A stretch of DNA of 50,595 bases from a virus (lineage: Duplodnaviria > Caudoviricetes): positions 1-50,595 of the IMG/VR virus record IMGVR_UViG_3300009604_000003, one strand, 5' to 3'. This document shows, in pieces, positions 26,001-32,587 of the stretch; the first letter of the stretch is position 1; every line of letters starts with the position of its first letter. Position numbers and translations under genes: made by a program. The notes beneath the pieces were generated by a model. That model worked only from the letters and a program-made list of their open reading frames with translations, had not been told where the DNA came from and ran no database searches.

Positions 26001-27348
26001 CCACCCAATCCATGAATGGGAGATGTGTTTGAAACATACTCTTTGCTTGGAATCGCCTGAAGAACTCTAGGCTGATCTCTTGGCTTCTGATCAAGTGCTT
26101 AGATTTTTCAATTGCTGGCGTCAAAGATCTGTAGTGCATCAAGTTATCTTGAAGCGCTTTCATAATCTGGCCGCGTGCCCGCCCTATGTCTTTCCGAGAC
26201 ACACGGATTAATGCCCCTTCAGCACCCCTTATCATTCGCCCATCAAAACTGTTTACGATTTTCAGTGCCTCATCCAAGCGAGCGAGGTGATCCATTCCAC
26301 CCCCAATGTGGCGGATCTCGTTTCCAATTACGATGTGATTATTAACCAGATCCTCAAGAATTTTGTATTGGTGTCCGCGCGGCATGACCAGTTTGCCGTT
26401 TACTATCTTCCCCTCCTTGAGCATCATGTCCGATGCGTGCTTAAGATATTTAACTCCCCGACTTTCAACTGATACAAATCCCCTCGAAGCGATCCCCACT
26501 CCCTTGCCCCACTTCGAAATTGTTCCCCCCGCTGTCATATATGACAGTGGATCAAACAATATGTCTCCAAATAGACCCAAGAGTGTGCGCTTAACGCCCG
26601 GCTCCATGCCCAGTTGCTCAAGAACCTCTGAGTACCAAAGCCGTGGTACTCCAGCCGAGGCCAACTCTTGGCTTTCTATTTTCTTGCGGATAGCAATGCT
26701 CGCTGCCGCAGTAATGGATCGAGAGGCTATCCCAGCCGCCACTGTTGTGCCTGTATATGTTGCGGCAGCCAGCGCCATACCCCATCCGGCACCAGCGATG
26801 GTTCCTCCGGGGCCACCGGCCAGAGTTCCAAGAATACCACCACCAATAGCACCGAAAACCTCTTGGGCCGCAAGGCCCCTAAACCATGTGGAGGCATCCG
26901 GTTTATCGGTATACATTATGTTGGCTATGGAGTTTCTAGGTAGATCAATAAGATCGAGGAACTTCATAAACGAACCACGCTCATCTCCAATGAGGTGCTG
27001 CCCAGATTGGTCAATCAAGTCTCGGATCTCAGATGGATCCATTCGATTAATCTGGTCAATTGTGAGCCGTGGAACCGTTCTCTGTTCCAGTTGTGCCTGT
27101 GTTCTTGGGTTTGCTTCCCTGTTAGCAAAGATCGCTTCGTCTATTATCTGTTGCCTTGCATTATTAAACTGATTAGCATTCGCCTCCATAAGCAACTTGC
27201 TGCGCATCTGACCTATTTCATATTGATCTTTCGATTCGGTATTATTAAAGGGTGGCGGTGCAAGTCGCACGCCGGTAACGCCACCGCGACCCATGTTGCG
27301 GAGGAACGTCTCGTTACCAAGTTGAATTGGACCAGAGAACTGGGTCAT
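17092..27348 (-). CDS. Giant polyvalent internal virion (ejection) protein, 3418 aa
   Basis: ART-like domain (VYHG...GYDVIPYVNTVEDKGSISYVILDP), HEMGH zincin motif with W..EAHE, C-terminal FDYGD...IPFYAW domain typical of large ejected proteins, G/A-rich hydrophobic N-terminal segment. Confidence 0.75.
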   Translation of the reverse strand: MTQFSGPIQLGNETFLRNMGRGGVTGVRLAPPPFNNTESKDQYEIGQMRSKLLMEANANQFNNARQQIIDEAIFANREANPRTQAQLEQRTVPRLTIDQINRMDPSEIRDLIDQSGQHLIGDERGSFMKFLDLIDLPRNSIANIMYTDKPDASTWFRGLAAQEVFGAIGGGILGTLAGGPGGTIAGAGWGMALAAATYTGTTVAAGIASRSITAAASIAIRKKIESQELASAGVPRLWYSEVLEQLGMEPGVKRTLLGLFGDILFDPLSYMTAGGTISKWGKGVGIASRGFVSVESRGVKYLKHASDMMLKEGKIVNGKLVMPRGHQYKILEDLVNNHIVIGNEIRHIGGGMDHLARLDEALKIVNSFDGRMIRGAEGALIRVSRKDIGRARGQIMKALQDNLMHYRSLTPAIEKSKHLIRSQEISLEFFRRFQAKSMFQTHLPFMDWVAPLLWRRIGYRNILTNMPVPFKFGATARQYKALRGLSKFKRVPGATGSKGMEARTAYEAFVNADRAVLKAYKAGLLGKMGAYKTVELVAPIFKREGEAVVEYQNALRKAMGNEKLANKIEWAPRNGNGISDYQTAPQVGFRVKVVDLTADEYKYLKDGILMEDGKRIKWKPDADITSGFDEPSLEVFLKQQSKTRRRDSLAELVELHERNAVHLSAIEKATNKLQSAKVAESELKNTLPALEGAAGELQQVPAEVAEGLAEFQQVITKTEKELKSLLQREELTTREIQSLLSPQSSAILDAVDSVRGNEMAQALDMYIGPGGFGRMFRGWNEKMHTMEASVNAIEHERKLVEQQIGQVTRSNTNEIVRLQANVILGNQKKIDEITKRMEALIPEDYKPRPGATEFVDNIKVKFNVPAKVAKALSYLVDAMATSLAPRFGLTPTEFLSTKINVVKGGTPGRGAFFHSIPASESGDATRLFYLHRGVEAESSAGDAWKLTQQLAKKEGHQTAVKLIGKQLSKVTPVDNSMGISHGTAGHTDSALWIGDTTEEVLGHQIAFTAHHQAGLRGHDTAITFVTGDGSETIVELSRISAGNFPAATRASSVAVGLNQFKKWTGAKASGIDIHIAEKDGKMVAWLFLDKDVPWTEAHGIELKKLFKGAKVNAQKGTKQKLAPSTKATTQAKREERIHEAIRLHYRNAHELSRADGVNSEGLYFLGNIVEQLRLTHHPKIWQRWRVQNLVDVAVRSGVMKKNSSVEEWRHFLMEFEVRDHRTPAERELAFAAGEPDSVLFEDWRSLNNAEKTALIDDGWDLVDELNVIAPPNQEELRASWMLDYLDRIESGFPENQTITVYHGGDEVRGEFRLYTYKKAPPLHAGTLRAARERLPLQPAKYSKRHREGQIPKAVYELEIRATRPFYSEIDGSMIEDLTVNEWLIKHPEKIAEIRDRGYDVIPYVNTVEDKGSISYVILDPAIARRTRVRPEGGKIVKRLGEDRFTRPGEVSIGTWEPYSPIHAPIQPTRGTKARIDHNAMNSWVDANSSDGLYMHLVGSDGYNQHIPEELGAHFHRMHQENKAAKATLWDEIQSEFGGDLAGHSRYGGEKRSRLLGTKVPSEGSGNLAIYEASSFWHAVANINDPRLTRLAIQYSNLETEARNMSLIMDMGSEAMVPSASKHAQSTERHGSRVYGDHSPERSVGNADVLETQVYNLFAVDTRSQGFGSRGALPVSRNASESQLGDMAGHVGQIQVSILHDRNIGGKIMVIDDVSSSVMQGAENALQGFIRSVEAHYGEDIKTVLRLGLGRKEDDALRKTRNAIDNIVRSDGVLTRDVVQALGDLPPELRSAFLINQGIEQTAKGAGRGIWGGQFAPEFHGATKKNWARTAIRQMIGKYAHEHGDIKKVMIGDAKHMVGAMGDGDKFVNRLTRTTQWDALQEFITGTPTRTVDDLAKELKDLNPGLTIKRARKFIISLIEDSRLAEPADSQNIAPLLRSVTEGDGISDGVGLLHGRNNVVEWQIVRTKEAARAAPEAHDSASLSDHLVHNASRGISEADTSRYTAHLKLKLKARKKGAVGPQKRTGKQEVNELIIPTRVDWDVNELTQQIGHTRANEIKLNRWNNTNVLETQTGRWYEKELPRFFKEAVESVGGKLEYGPIGGFAGPIMGNIMGDPYIFMATDRSAALARLDGANFESISGLSTGADAVESRKLVEEMVRDFYNKVDNAKDQLRALGIAENSDEWAKRLNEMSFEEAVTLYKTRKGLKADDAGFTNPSRWRDTSTMEVIDAEADIFAKIVGLTVDVNPTGAQVVRQLKSRDLQRLYDTIGLEAVDEIASRMVQRPYFTMSSDVRRRSAQGRDYFFETRDGTIKASAEFLESGTALIRALDAPDAVSFLHEMGHVILEFMPVGVRARIERQFGVVKGNWTREAHEAFVDAVLENIRTGKAPTPELQEAFETLAAYMKEVYGQAAFREAPIRGRLKQTLDLTFGATIESKRSATEYRKQANKKARIEAKNRGHYNHIEDLASSTVDLNEKVQMARDAARKARAPIDAKLDTMKKSRVNSAAKVAERFDRVFRNVTGVGRRYATSGEAVSRFRYAHGNLPGFKQSLVIRHYDKSVKTIAKRHDMDIEDANVILLAKMIELQEGGKHGLRGFHKSDWIFDPSNPQSLDNVMAKHGGRDAIWKDQQITDLAQEVVDRHRQYGLSESDWAAQGTYNPAFAYIPLRFTKEAQKAAYQQGALGVRRNPSTGRISINEPSGRHRATNRHWYPTEHDPDWVDETGQGWSYVFSQQINDGNLPEAYELARRTFLRQNPEKMLPGDIAEYNQALLAEGKTGGLPGGDIKGESWQFKAHPTSPYELNRPGVRDRFAHLTGNSFAGEIFETDLGLVLGNRAKQHHRIEAVHDFLNYIGPEIKILKDAEIQDYVRNPRAGVGSISEGGEIIINNVSYRRLSKEVRDDATLQALFGTEGKHLWYPEDLAASVEDYLTKITNDQNLSAIAGMFDYIQSIWKGTVLMHPGWTTVNIMGGVIHSIVVGELTPADFFRNFRKAHHIASQYHFGNRLAKTIPHGPGLSFDDTKKYIIAGEELNETQFAEHLVRINALDGSQVAREIFMTHRTAYANPNAQARKVKQGFLKNIATAGPLGAWWFKLNASIDDTFRTLVYMARRDRGDSLEAAQLLMKKAHFDYGDFTNLEQSIGRRVIPFYAWQRNNIALQFKLLFEKPKYHASFQKIKHAIEEETLKEEDKVPTFILPRYQRNQLMIQMSADDGTTKGLRIGTLTPIQELAEIGQALYGAEGLKEMMHYFLMSSSPLIKAPIEIALGIQTFDQRLIGDKELGGLSIGEYLRRQIGWVGSYNQLTQAGKTDGLEGVLYKLAVRGRWQPLDIGKLQMRISMERNKDIQALKRQVNRAVREGDEVLAESIATRIIQEYRIMWHSGMRQRVPKVLHPQFRREDMTVLRREGFVPGQHIPQQPKF

Positions 27349-29762
27349 CTAGGGCCGGTCAGAAGAGGTCTGACATCGGCTGGCGGCCACTGACTCACAG
27401 TAGAACCCGCACCCGCCGGGGGCGGTGTACCTTGGGGCCGGGATACCGCAGCCGCTCCTCCATAGATTTCCTTGTATGCATCGTGGATCTGGAAGAAATC
27501 GGGGGACTGTCTAGCGCTTCCAAGGCCCGCTCTGTTGGTTCTGGGCATAGGTCCAGTAAGACCAGTGCCACCAGCAAACAGGTGGAGGGTATCAAAGAAT
27601 ACATTCCTCACCTTTATGGCATTGGATTGTTTATCTGACAGAATGTTGCTCCAATCCAATCCGCCACTCCAGCCATTGTCGGTCATTAGGAATGTAATTT
27701 CTTGTGCAACTCGCTTCGCATCTTCTGTGCGCCCAAATTTAGCGAGAATCCGTATCATATCTACCGTTTCCCTCATCCCGTTCATGTGATCTAAAAATTC
27801 ATGTAGTTCTGTGGGGCTTACTATTTCCAGAAACTCGAAGTTTGCAAAATCCTGTATATACCCCGGAGTGCCAGTGGGATGAGATTTGGCTCCTCTCAGC
27901 GCTACATTAGCGTACTCATCTGAACCCGGCCCGTAATCAGAGATTGTCATGGATCCATCATTGAATACTAGCGGACGTTTATCCGTACCGGGTATTCTCG
28001 AAATACCCGGTATGGAATTACCGGGGTGCGGCTGTCCCTGATCTAGTGGCGGTAAAACTTTTGCCTGAGTGCCAGTGGGAGTTGCAACTGCGTCTGGATC
28101 AACTGCGTTTGGATCAACCGGCGGCTGTGTTCTTGTTTTCCCAAGTTGGTCCCAACCGGGGAACGCACTCGGATCACCGGTAAACGTGTCAAGTAGTCTT
28201 ATGTCTACTCCCGGCAACATCTCGGCAATAATCCTATCAACAAGCGGCTGGGCTATACTAGGGGGCATCGATGCAAATCCCTGTTGCAGTAGGGTTAGTA
28301 GATCTTGGGGCATGAGCAATCCGCTTGCCGCAGCATCACCCAAAGCCGCCACAAACGCGTTTACCTTTGATGCATCATCCGTGTTTATTGTGGCAAGAAA
28401 ACTTAGATTGGATTGAAGTCTTGCGAGAGCATTTTCCTCAGTCACTTGCCCCTGCTCAAACTCAAACCTGTCTTGTTCCAACTTAACAAGCGTGTCTTGT
28501 AGATCTAGATCCGACAATTGTTGAGTACTAAGGCCAAGCCGATTAGCCCTTTCCATGAATGCTTTGTCATCTTTCCGCTGTTGCGCAGTGGCTCTTCTAC
28601 CAGCCCTGTCAGCCACCCTTCTAGCCACGACTTCTTCACGAGTCTCCTGTCCTCTAGCCGTGCGCCGTATATCCATTTCTTGGTTTTGAATTGCTTCCGC
28701 TGCCGCCAATTCAGTTGTGCCCGGATTCTCTGCTATATGAGCCTCTATGCGGTCTTGCGTTCCACCAACACCTGTTCGTGCAATACCCCTCTTTTCGAGC
28801 CAATCTGTAATACTATCTATCTTATCTTCATCCGTTCGGGGTGTCCCCACAGGTAGCGCGTATTTCTTCGCTCTCCTGCTCACCTGTCTCTGGTATCGAG
28901 CCTGATCCTCAGCCGCTTGATTCTTTATCTCCTCATGTCTCATCGCAACTTCGAGCGACCTTGGAGATCTTTCGTATTCCCGCGCTAGATCTACCCCATA
29001 CCGTTCCATTAGCCTATTTCTGCGCACCAATTCTGGTGTCTCTGGCATATCCCACGTACCCTCCGCACGCATTTTTGCTTCTACCTGCGCTCTAGCAGCA
29101 TCCTCTCCCGCAGCAAAACGCTGATTTATAGCATCGGCTCTCCGGCCCACTTGTTGTCCAACCCACTGGCCCCCCATATGGCGGGGTGAGGTAGGCCGCG
29201 ATGGGCGAGGGACGGGGGTGTAGTCGAAGGGTAGTCCCTGACGAGGGGGGTGAGTCACTTTCGCTATTGCTGGTGGCGGAGGATATTGACCATATGCGCC
29301 ACTCTTAATACCTTGGATTGCAAGTTGACCGGGATCATAGGGAATGACATCTGGCTGATCGGGTGGTAGTGGTGGCGGTGGTGGCGGAGGGACGTAAGGT
29401 ACATGCACAGGCGGGCCATACTCGCCATGTGCCTGTCCGCGTGCCGCTTCACCCATCATGCTTTCCGCCACTCGTCCCCACGGAGTTCTATTCCATGGTA
29501 TCTGTGGTATCTGTCTTCGCGGTGGGCGTGGTGGGGGTGGAGCCGGTGGTACACCACCATGCATCTCCAACATGCCAAGATCTTCTAGTGGGTGCGGCGG
29601 CGGAGGTGGTGGATATCGACCATACTTCCCACTCTGAATATCCATGGCTGCAAGTTCACCGGGACTATAAGGAATAATATCCGGCTGATCTGGAGGAGTA
29701 ACAACATCCGGTCCTCCTCCAAACTTTTGTCCTCTCTTTGGTCGTTTCTTAGCCACGATCAC
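27345..29762 (-). CDS. Proline-rich/coiled-coil internal virion protein (probable)
   Basis: 805 aa upstream of the giant gene; poly-Pro tracts and a duplicated ~33-aa motif. Confidence 0.6.
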   Translation of the reverse strand: MIVAKKRPKRGQKFGGGPDVVTPPDQPDIIPYSPGELAAMDIQSGKYGRYPPPPPPHPLEDLGMLEMHGGVPPAPPPPRPPRRQIPQIPWNRTPWGRVAESMMGEAARGQAHGEYGPPVHVPYVPPPPPPPLPPDQPDVIPYDPGQLAIQGIKSGAYGQYPPPPAIAKVTHPPRQGLPFDYTPVPRPSRPTSPRHMGGQWVGQQVGRRADAINQRFAAGEDAARAQVEAKMRAEGTWDMPETPELVRRNRLMERYGVDLAREYERSPRSLEVAMRHEEIKNQAAEDQARYQRQVSRRAKKYALPVGTPRTDEDKIDSITDWLEKRGIARTGVGGTQDRIEAHIAENPGTTELAAAEAIQNQEMDIRRTARGQETREEVVARRVADRAGRRATAQQRKDDKAFMERANRLGLSTQQLSDLDLQDTLVKLEQDRFEFEQGQVTEENALARLQSNLSFLATINTDDASKVNAFVAALGDAAASGLLMPQDLLTLLQQGFASMPPSIAQPLVDRIIAEMLPGVDIRLLDTFTGDPSAFPGWDQLGKTRTQPPVDPNAVDPDAVATPTGTQAKVLPPLDQGQPHPGNSIPGISRIPGTDKRPLVFNDGSMTISDYGPGSDEYANVALRGAKSHPTGTPGYIQDFANFEFLEIVSPTELHEFLDHMNGMRETVDMIRILAKFGRTEDAKRVAQEITFLMTDNGWSGGLDWSNILSDKQSNAIKVRNVFFDTLHLFAGGTGLTGPMPRTNRAGLGSARQSPDFFQIHDAYKEIYGGAAAVSRPQGTPPPAGAGSTVSQWPPADVRPLLTGPR

Positions 29763-30345
29763 GTGCCCTCATATATCTCTCGATTTCTCTCCGCCTATCA
29801 CCGAATGGATCTTCCACCTCTCTCTGCATTGCCGAAAGAGTTTGCTGGCTTCTTCTTGGCAAAAAGCCCTGTATCGGTGTACTCATCGCCATTGTTCTTT
29901 GCCAATCAGGAGGTGGTTTCCATGCATATTCGCCACCACCTCTTTCCATAGCCTCAAACGCAGAACCGGGATTTAGTCCGGGGAATAATCCTTGACTCAG
30001 TTTACTCTGTAGGGGTTTGATTTGTTGGTTTAATTCATTAACTAGCAACGACACCTGTTCGGGCGTAGGGCCAGTGGGAGCGAAGGGATTAACACCACCC
30101 ACTTGCTGCGGTTGCGCGCCAGCGCTTCTCCGTCCCCCGACCTGTTGCCCGCCAGTGCCACCTGTTTGCCCCGCTAGGGTGGGATACCCAGCCCCCTGCT
30201 GGTAAAGCGGCTTAGCAAACATACCTCCTGCGCCGGGCGTTATGGCCGGTTCTGTCGTTGGCTGCTGGTCAACGCCCGGCATACCGCCTTGCACCAATGC
30301 GCCTAGCGCAGCCCATTGAGCGGCCATTCCCGCTGGTCCCGGCAT
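29749..30345 (-). CDS. G/Q-rich internal virion protein (probable)
   Basis: Low-complexity G/A/Q/P composition like small ejection proteins; operon position. Confidence 0.5.
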   Translation of the reverse strand: MPGPAGMAAQWAALGALVQGGMPGVDQQPTTEPAITPGAGGMFAKPLYQQGAGYPTLAGQTGGTGGQQVGGRRSAGAQPQQVGGVNPFAPTGPTPEQVSLLVNELNQQIKPLQSKLSQGLFPGLNPGSAFEAMERGGGEYAWKPPPDWQRTMAMSTPIQGFLPRRSQQTLSAMQREVEDPFGDRRREIERYMRARDRG

Positions 30346-30346
30346 G

Positions 30347-30607
30347 TTAGTAGCCTAGTTCAGGCCCGCCACCCATCATGGGGGGCGGCCCGCCCATTGG
30401 CGGCCCCATTGGTGGAGGTCCACCCATGGGGGGTCCACCCATCGGCGGTCCCATCATGGATGGGGGTGGCATTTCCATGCCTTCGGGGGGCATGGGCATT
30501 TCTCCGCCCATATCCATCTCCCTCTGACCCTCAACCAAGATCATTTGTATGGCATCCAAGATGCCCATCGGGTCGTATCCGAAATCAATACCATTCACAT
30601 TGGGCAT
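30347..30607 (-). CDS. Small P/M/G-rich protein
   Basis: PPMGG repeats; coupled to neighbours. Confidence 0.6.
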   Translation of the reverse strand: MPNVNGIDFGYDPMGILDAIQMILVEGQREMDMGGEMPMPPEGMEMPPPSMMGPPMGGPPMGGPPPMGPPMGGPPPMMGGGPELGY

Positions 30608-31008
30608 TACTTGTTGTCCTGTTTCCTATGGAATGGTACCCACTCATTGAGTTTTGCCTTGCGTTTGTTGCAACCACAATCTCCAGTGGGCTTTATTCCC
30701 GTTGTCTTACTGATAACTTTACCAACTAAATCCCCTAATCCCCCCATTTCTTTTAAGGATTTCATGATGCGCTTAAAGATGTTGGGCTTTTTAACACCCG
30801 ACCTTCGCGCAAATTCCTTTGGAGAAACGGTTTCTATATAGGGGGCTAGAGGCGATGTGCTTTGACCTACTACCTTGGTCCGGTAGCGCACTGTTGTATC
30901 ATCGCTGTTTATGCGATGTCTCACCGTTCCCAGTGAGTGCCGGACTATCTCTTCGTCATTATGACGCTGGGCGCTCGTGGATGTATTATCGATTTGGCTT
31001 CTCAACAT
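30607..31008 (-). CDS. Hypothetical protein with GLGD...CGC..R...LN motif
   Basis: GLGDLVGKVI...GIKP..DCGCNKRKAKLN, a motif recurrent in environmental phage proteins. Confidence 0.65.
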   Translation of the reverse strand: MLRSQIDNTSTSAQRHNDEEIVRHSLGTVRHRINSDDTTVRYRTKVVGQSTSPLAPYIETVSPKEFARRSGVKKPNIFKRIMKSLKEMGGLGDLVGKVISKTTGIKPTGDCGCNKRKAKLNEWVPFHRKQDNK

Positions 31009-31102
31009 CTAGTCTCTGCACCTTCCGCTTACTTTAATACCATTCAGCGGCTTGGCTCAGGATTGCCGGTTCTCGGTTTCCCTGAATTCACCCAGTAAAG
31101 GC

Positions 31103-32020
31103 CTATGATCCGATGGGATCACATGTTACCCATGTATCTACAAGATACACAGCGGAGTGGGAATCACACAGACTGTGATTCCTCCTGAAATTCAAATGTA
31201 GTATAAGGTAAAAAAACTTATCCGTATCTGGCAAAGTGATTTGCCCCGTTACATGTGTGTATATCGTTCGCCATTCTGCGTAAGTAAAATGAAACCAATC
31301 GGTATCGGTTGGGCCACTCTCACAGGGGCAATCAAGTCCCCCGGTTGACCATCCGCCAATCCCGCAGTGCCTCCAGTAAAACGGAAAGCGGTCCAACACG
31401 GAGTTAGGGCAACCACTAGCGGCACTACCACAATCGCTGTTGCAATTTGGTCCCCCCTCAATCGCGGCATCCGAATCATTGCAGCATGGGTATGCGGCAT
31501 CTGGGGTAGATTGACCCGACGCGCATGGGTAGGATCTGGGGGGAATCATAATATTCCTGCCACATTCTCTACAGCAGCAGAATGGCGCACTTCGTGGGTC
31601 TTTCCCGGTTGTATTTAGTATCGTTCTAAGCCACTCGGTTTGGTTTGTAAACTGAATCCCATCATGCTGTGCGCAAGAGAATATAAATAGCCTCGAACAT
31701 TGTCTTCCGGGGAACCCATCGGGGTAATCTTCTTGTGTTGGCTCACAATCTGTACCCGGAACATATGGTGTATACGGTCTAATGAGAATTCTAGGGAAGT
31801 TTGCTTCTAAGCAAACACCCTCACTTAGTCCGCAAGTAGCGTTAGTCCCATCACATTCCGACGGGGGATCTTCGGGAGAACAACATTCAGAATCAACATC
31901 GGGGTCGTCGCCACCACACCCCACCTTCCACGGAACATACTCCCCCTCATCCGAATCTAGTGCAAGAAATCCAGCACGAGTATTATCTGGCACAAGCAGA
32001 AACTTGCCCTCACTAGACAT
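31103..32020 (-). CDS. Cysteine-rich putative tail/receptor-binding protein
   Basis: 24 Cys in 305 aa; located in the tail module. Confidence 0.6.
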   Translation of the reverse strand: MSSEGKFLLVPDNTRAGFLALDSDEGEYVPWKVGCGGDDPDVDSECCSPEDPPSECDGTNATCGLSEGVCLEANFPRILIRPYTPYVPGTDCEPTQEDYPDGFPGRQCSRLFIFSCAQHDGIQFTNQTEWLRTILNTTGKDPRSAPFCCCRECGRNIMIPPRSYPCASGQSTPDAAYPCCNDSDAAIEGGPNCNSDCGSAASGCPNSVLDRFPFYWRHCGIGGWSTGGLDCPCESGPTDTDWFHFTYAEWRTIYTHVTGQITLPDTDKFFYLILHLNFRRNHSLCDSHSAVYLVDTWVTCDPIGS

Positions 32021-32023
32021 CGC

Positions 32024-32587
32024 TTATGGCTCTGGGCAAAGAGTGGTTGATAGTGTCTCGTTGGCATTAAAAAGAACCCACGTTTCTTCAACGGGATCGT
32101 AGAAAGCCGTGCCATATTTCACCGTATTAGAAGGTCCGGGGTCAGGGTTTCCCGTCGAGGCAACAGCACTTGTATCCAATGTCCCAACGCTAGGCCTTCT
32201 AAGTACAGGTTGCATGGTGCCTATTTCATCCCCGCTCAGAGTTGTAACCAAGTAACTCGCTGTACATGGGCCAGAGATTCCGCCATGCTCTTGGTTGGGT
32301 AACTCATTTACTATCACGGGGACCATCTTTATTCCCTGATCTGGAATCCCACCAATTCCAACGGACACATCAGATGATGTGTCCGGCATGATGTTGGGGT
32401 GCATGTATTCAATGCGATCTCCGACATCAGTAAACTTAATCGGCTGATCGATTATAGATCTGGTTCCAAGTACCGTCCTCTTGTCTGTAATTAGAGGTTC
32501 TCCCTCAGATATGATGCCCTCACTTGTCCAGAGAGGCTCTATTCCAAGGTTGTCTTCATGCTCAAATGAGATCGGAGAGATTGTCAT
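32024..32587 (-). CDS. Hypothetical tail-module protein
   Basis: 187-aa ORF coupled by ATGA. Confidence 0.65.
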   Translation of the reverse strand: MTISPISFEHEDNLGIEPLWTSEGIISEGEPLITDKRTVLGTRSIIDQPIKFTDVGDRIEYMHPNIMPDTSSDVSVGIGGIPDQGIKMVPVIVNELPNQEHGGISGPCTASYLVTTLSGDEIGTMQPVLRRPSVGTLDTSAVASTGNPDPGPSNTVKYGTAFYDPVEETWVLFNANETLSTTLCPEP

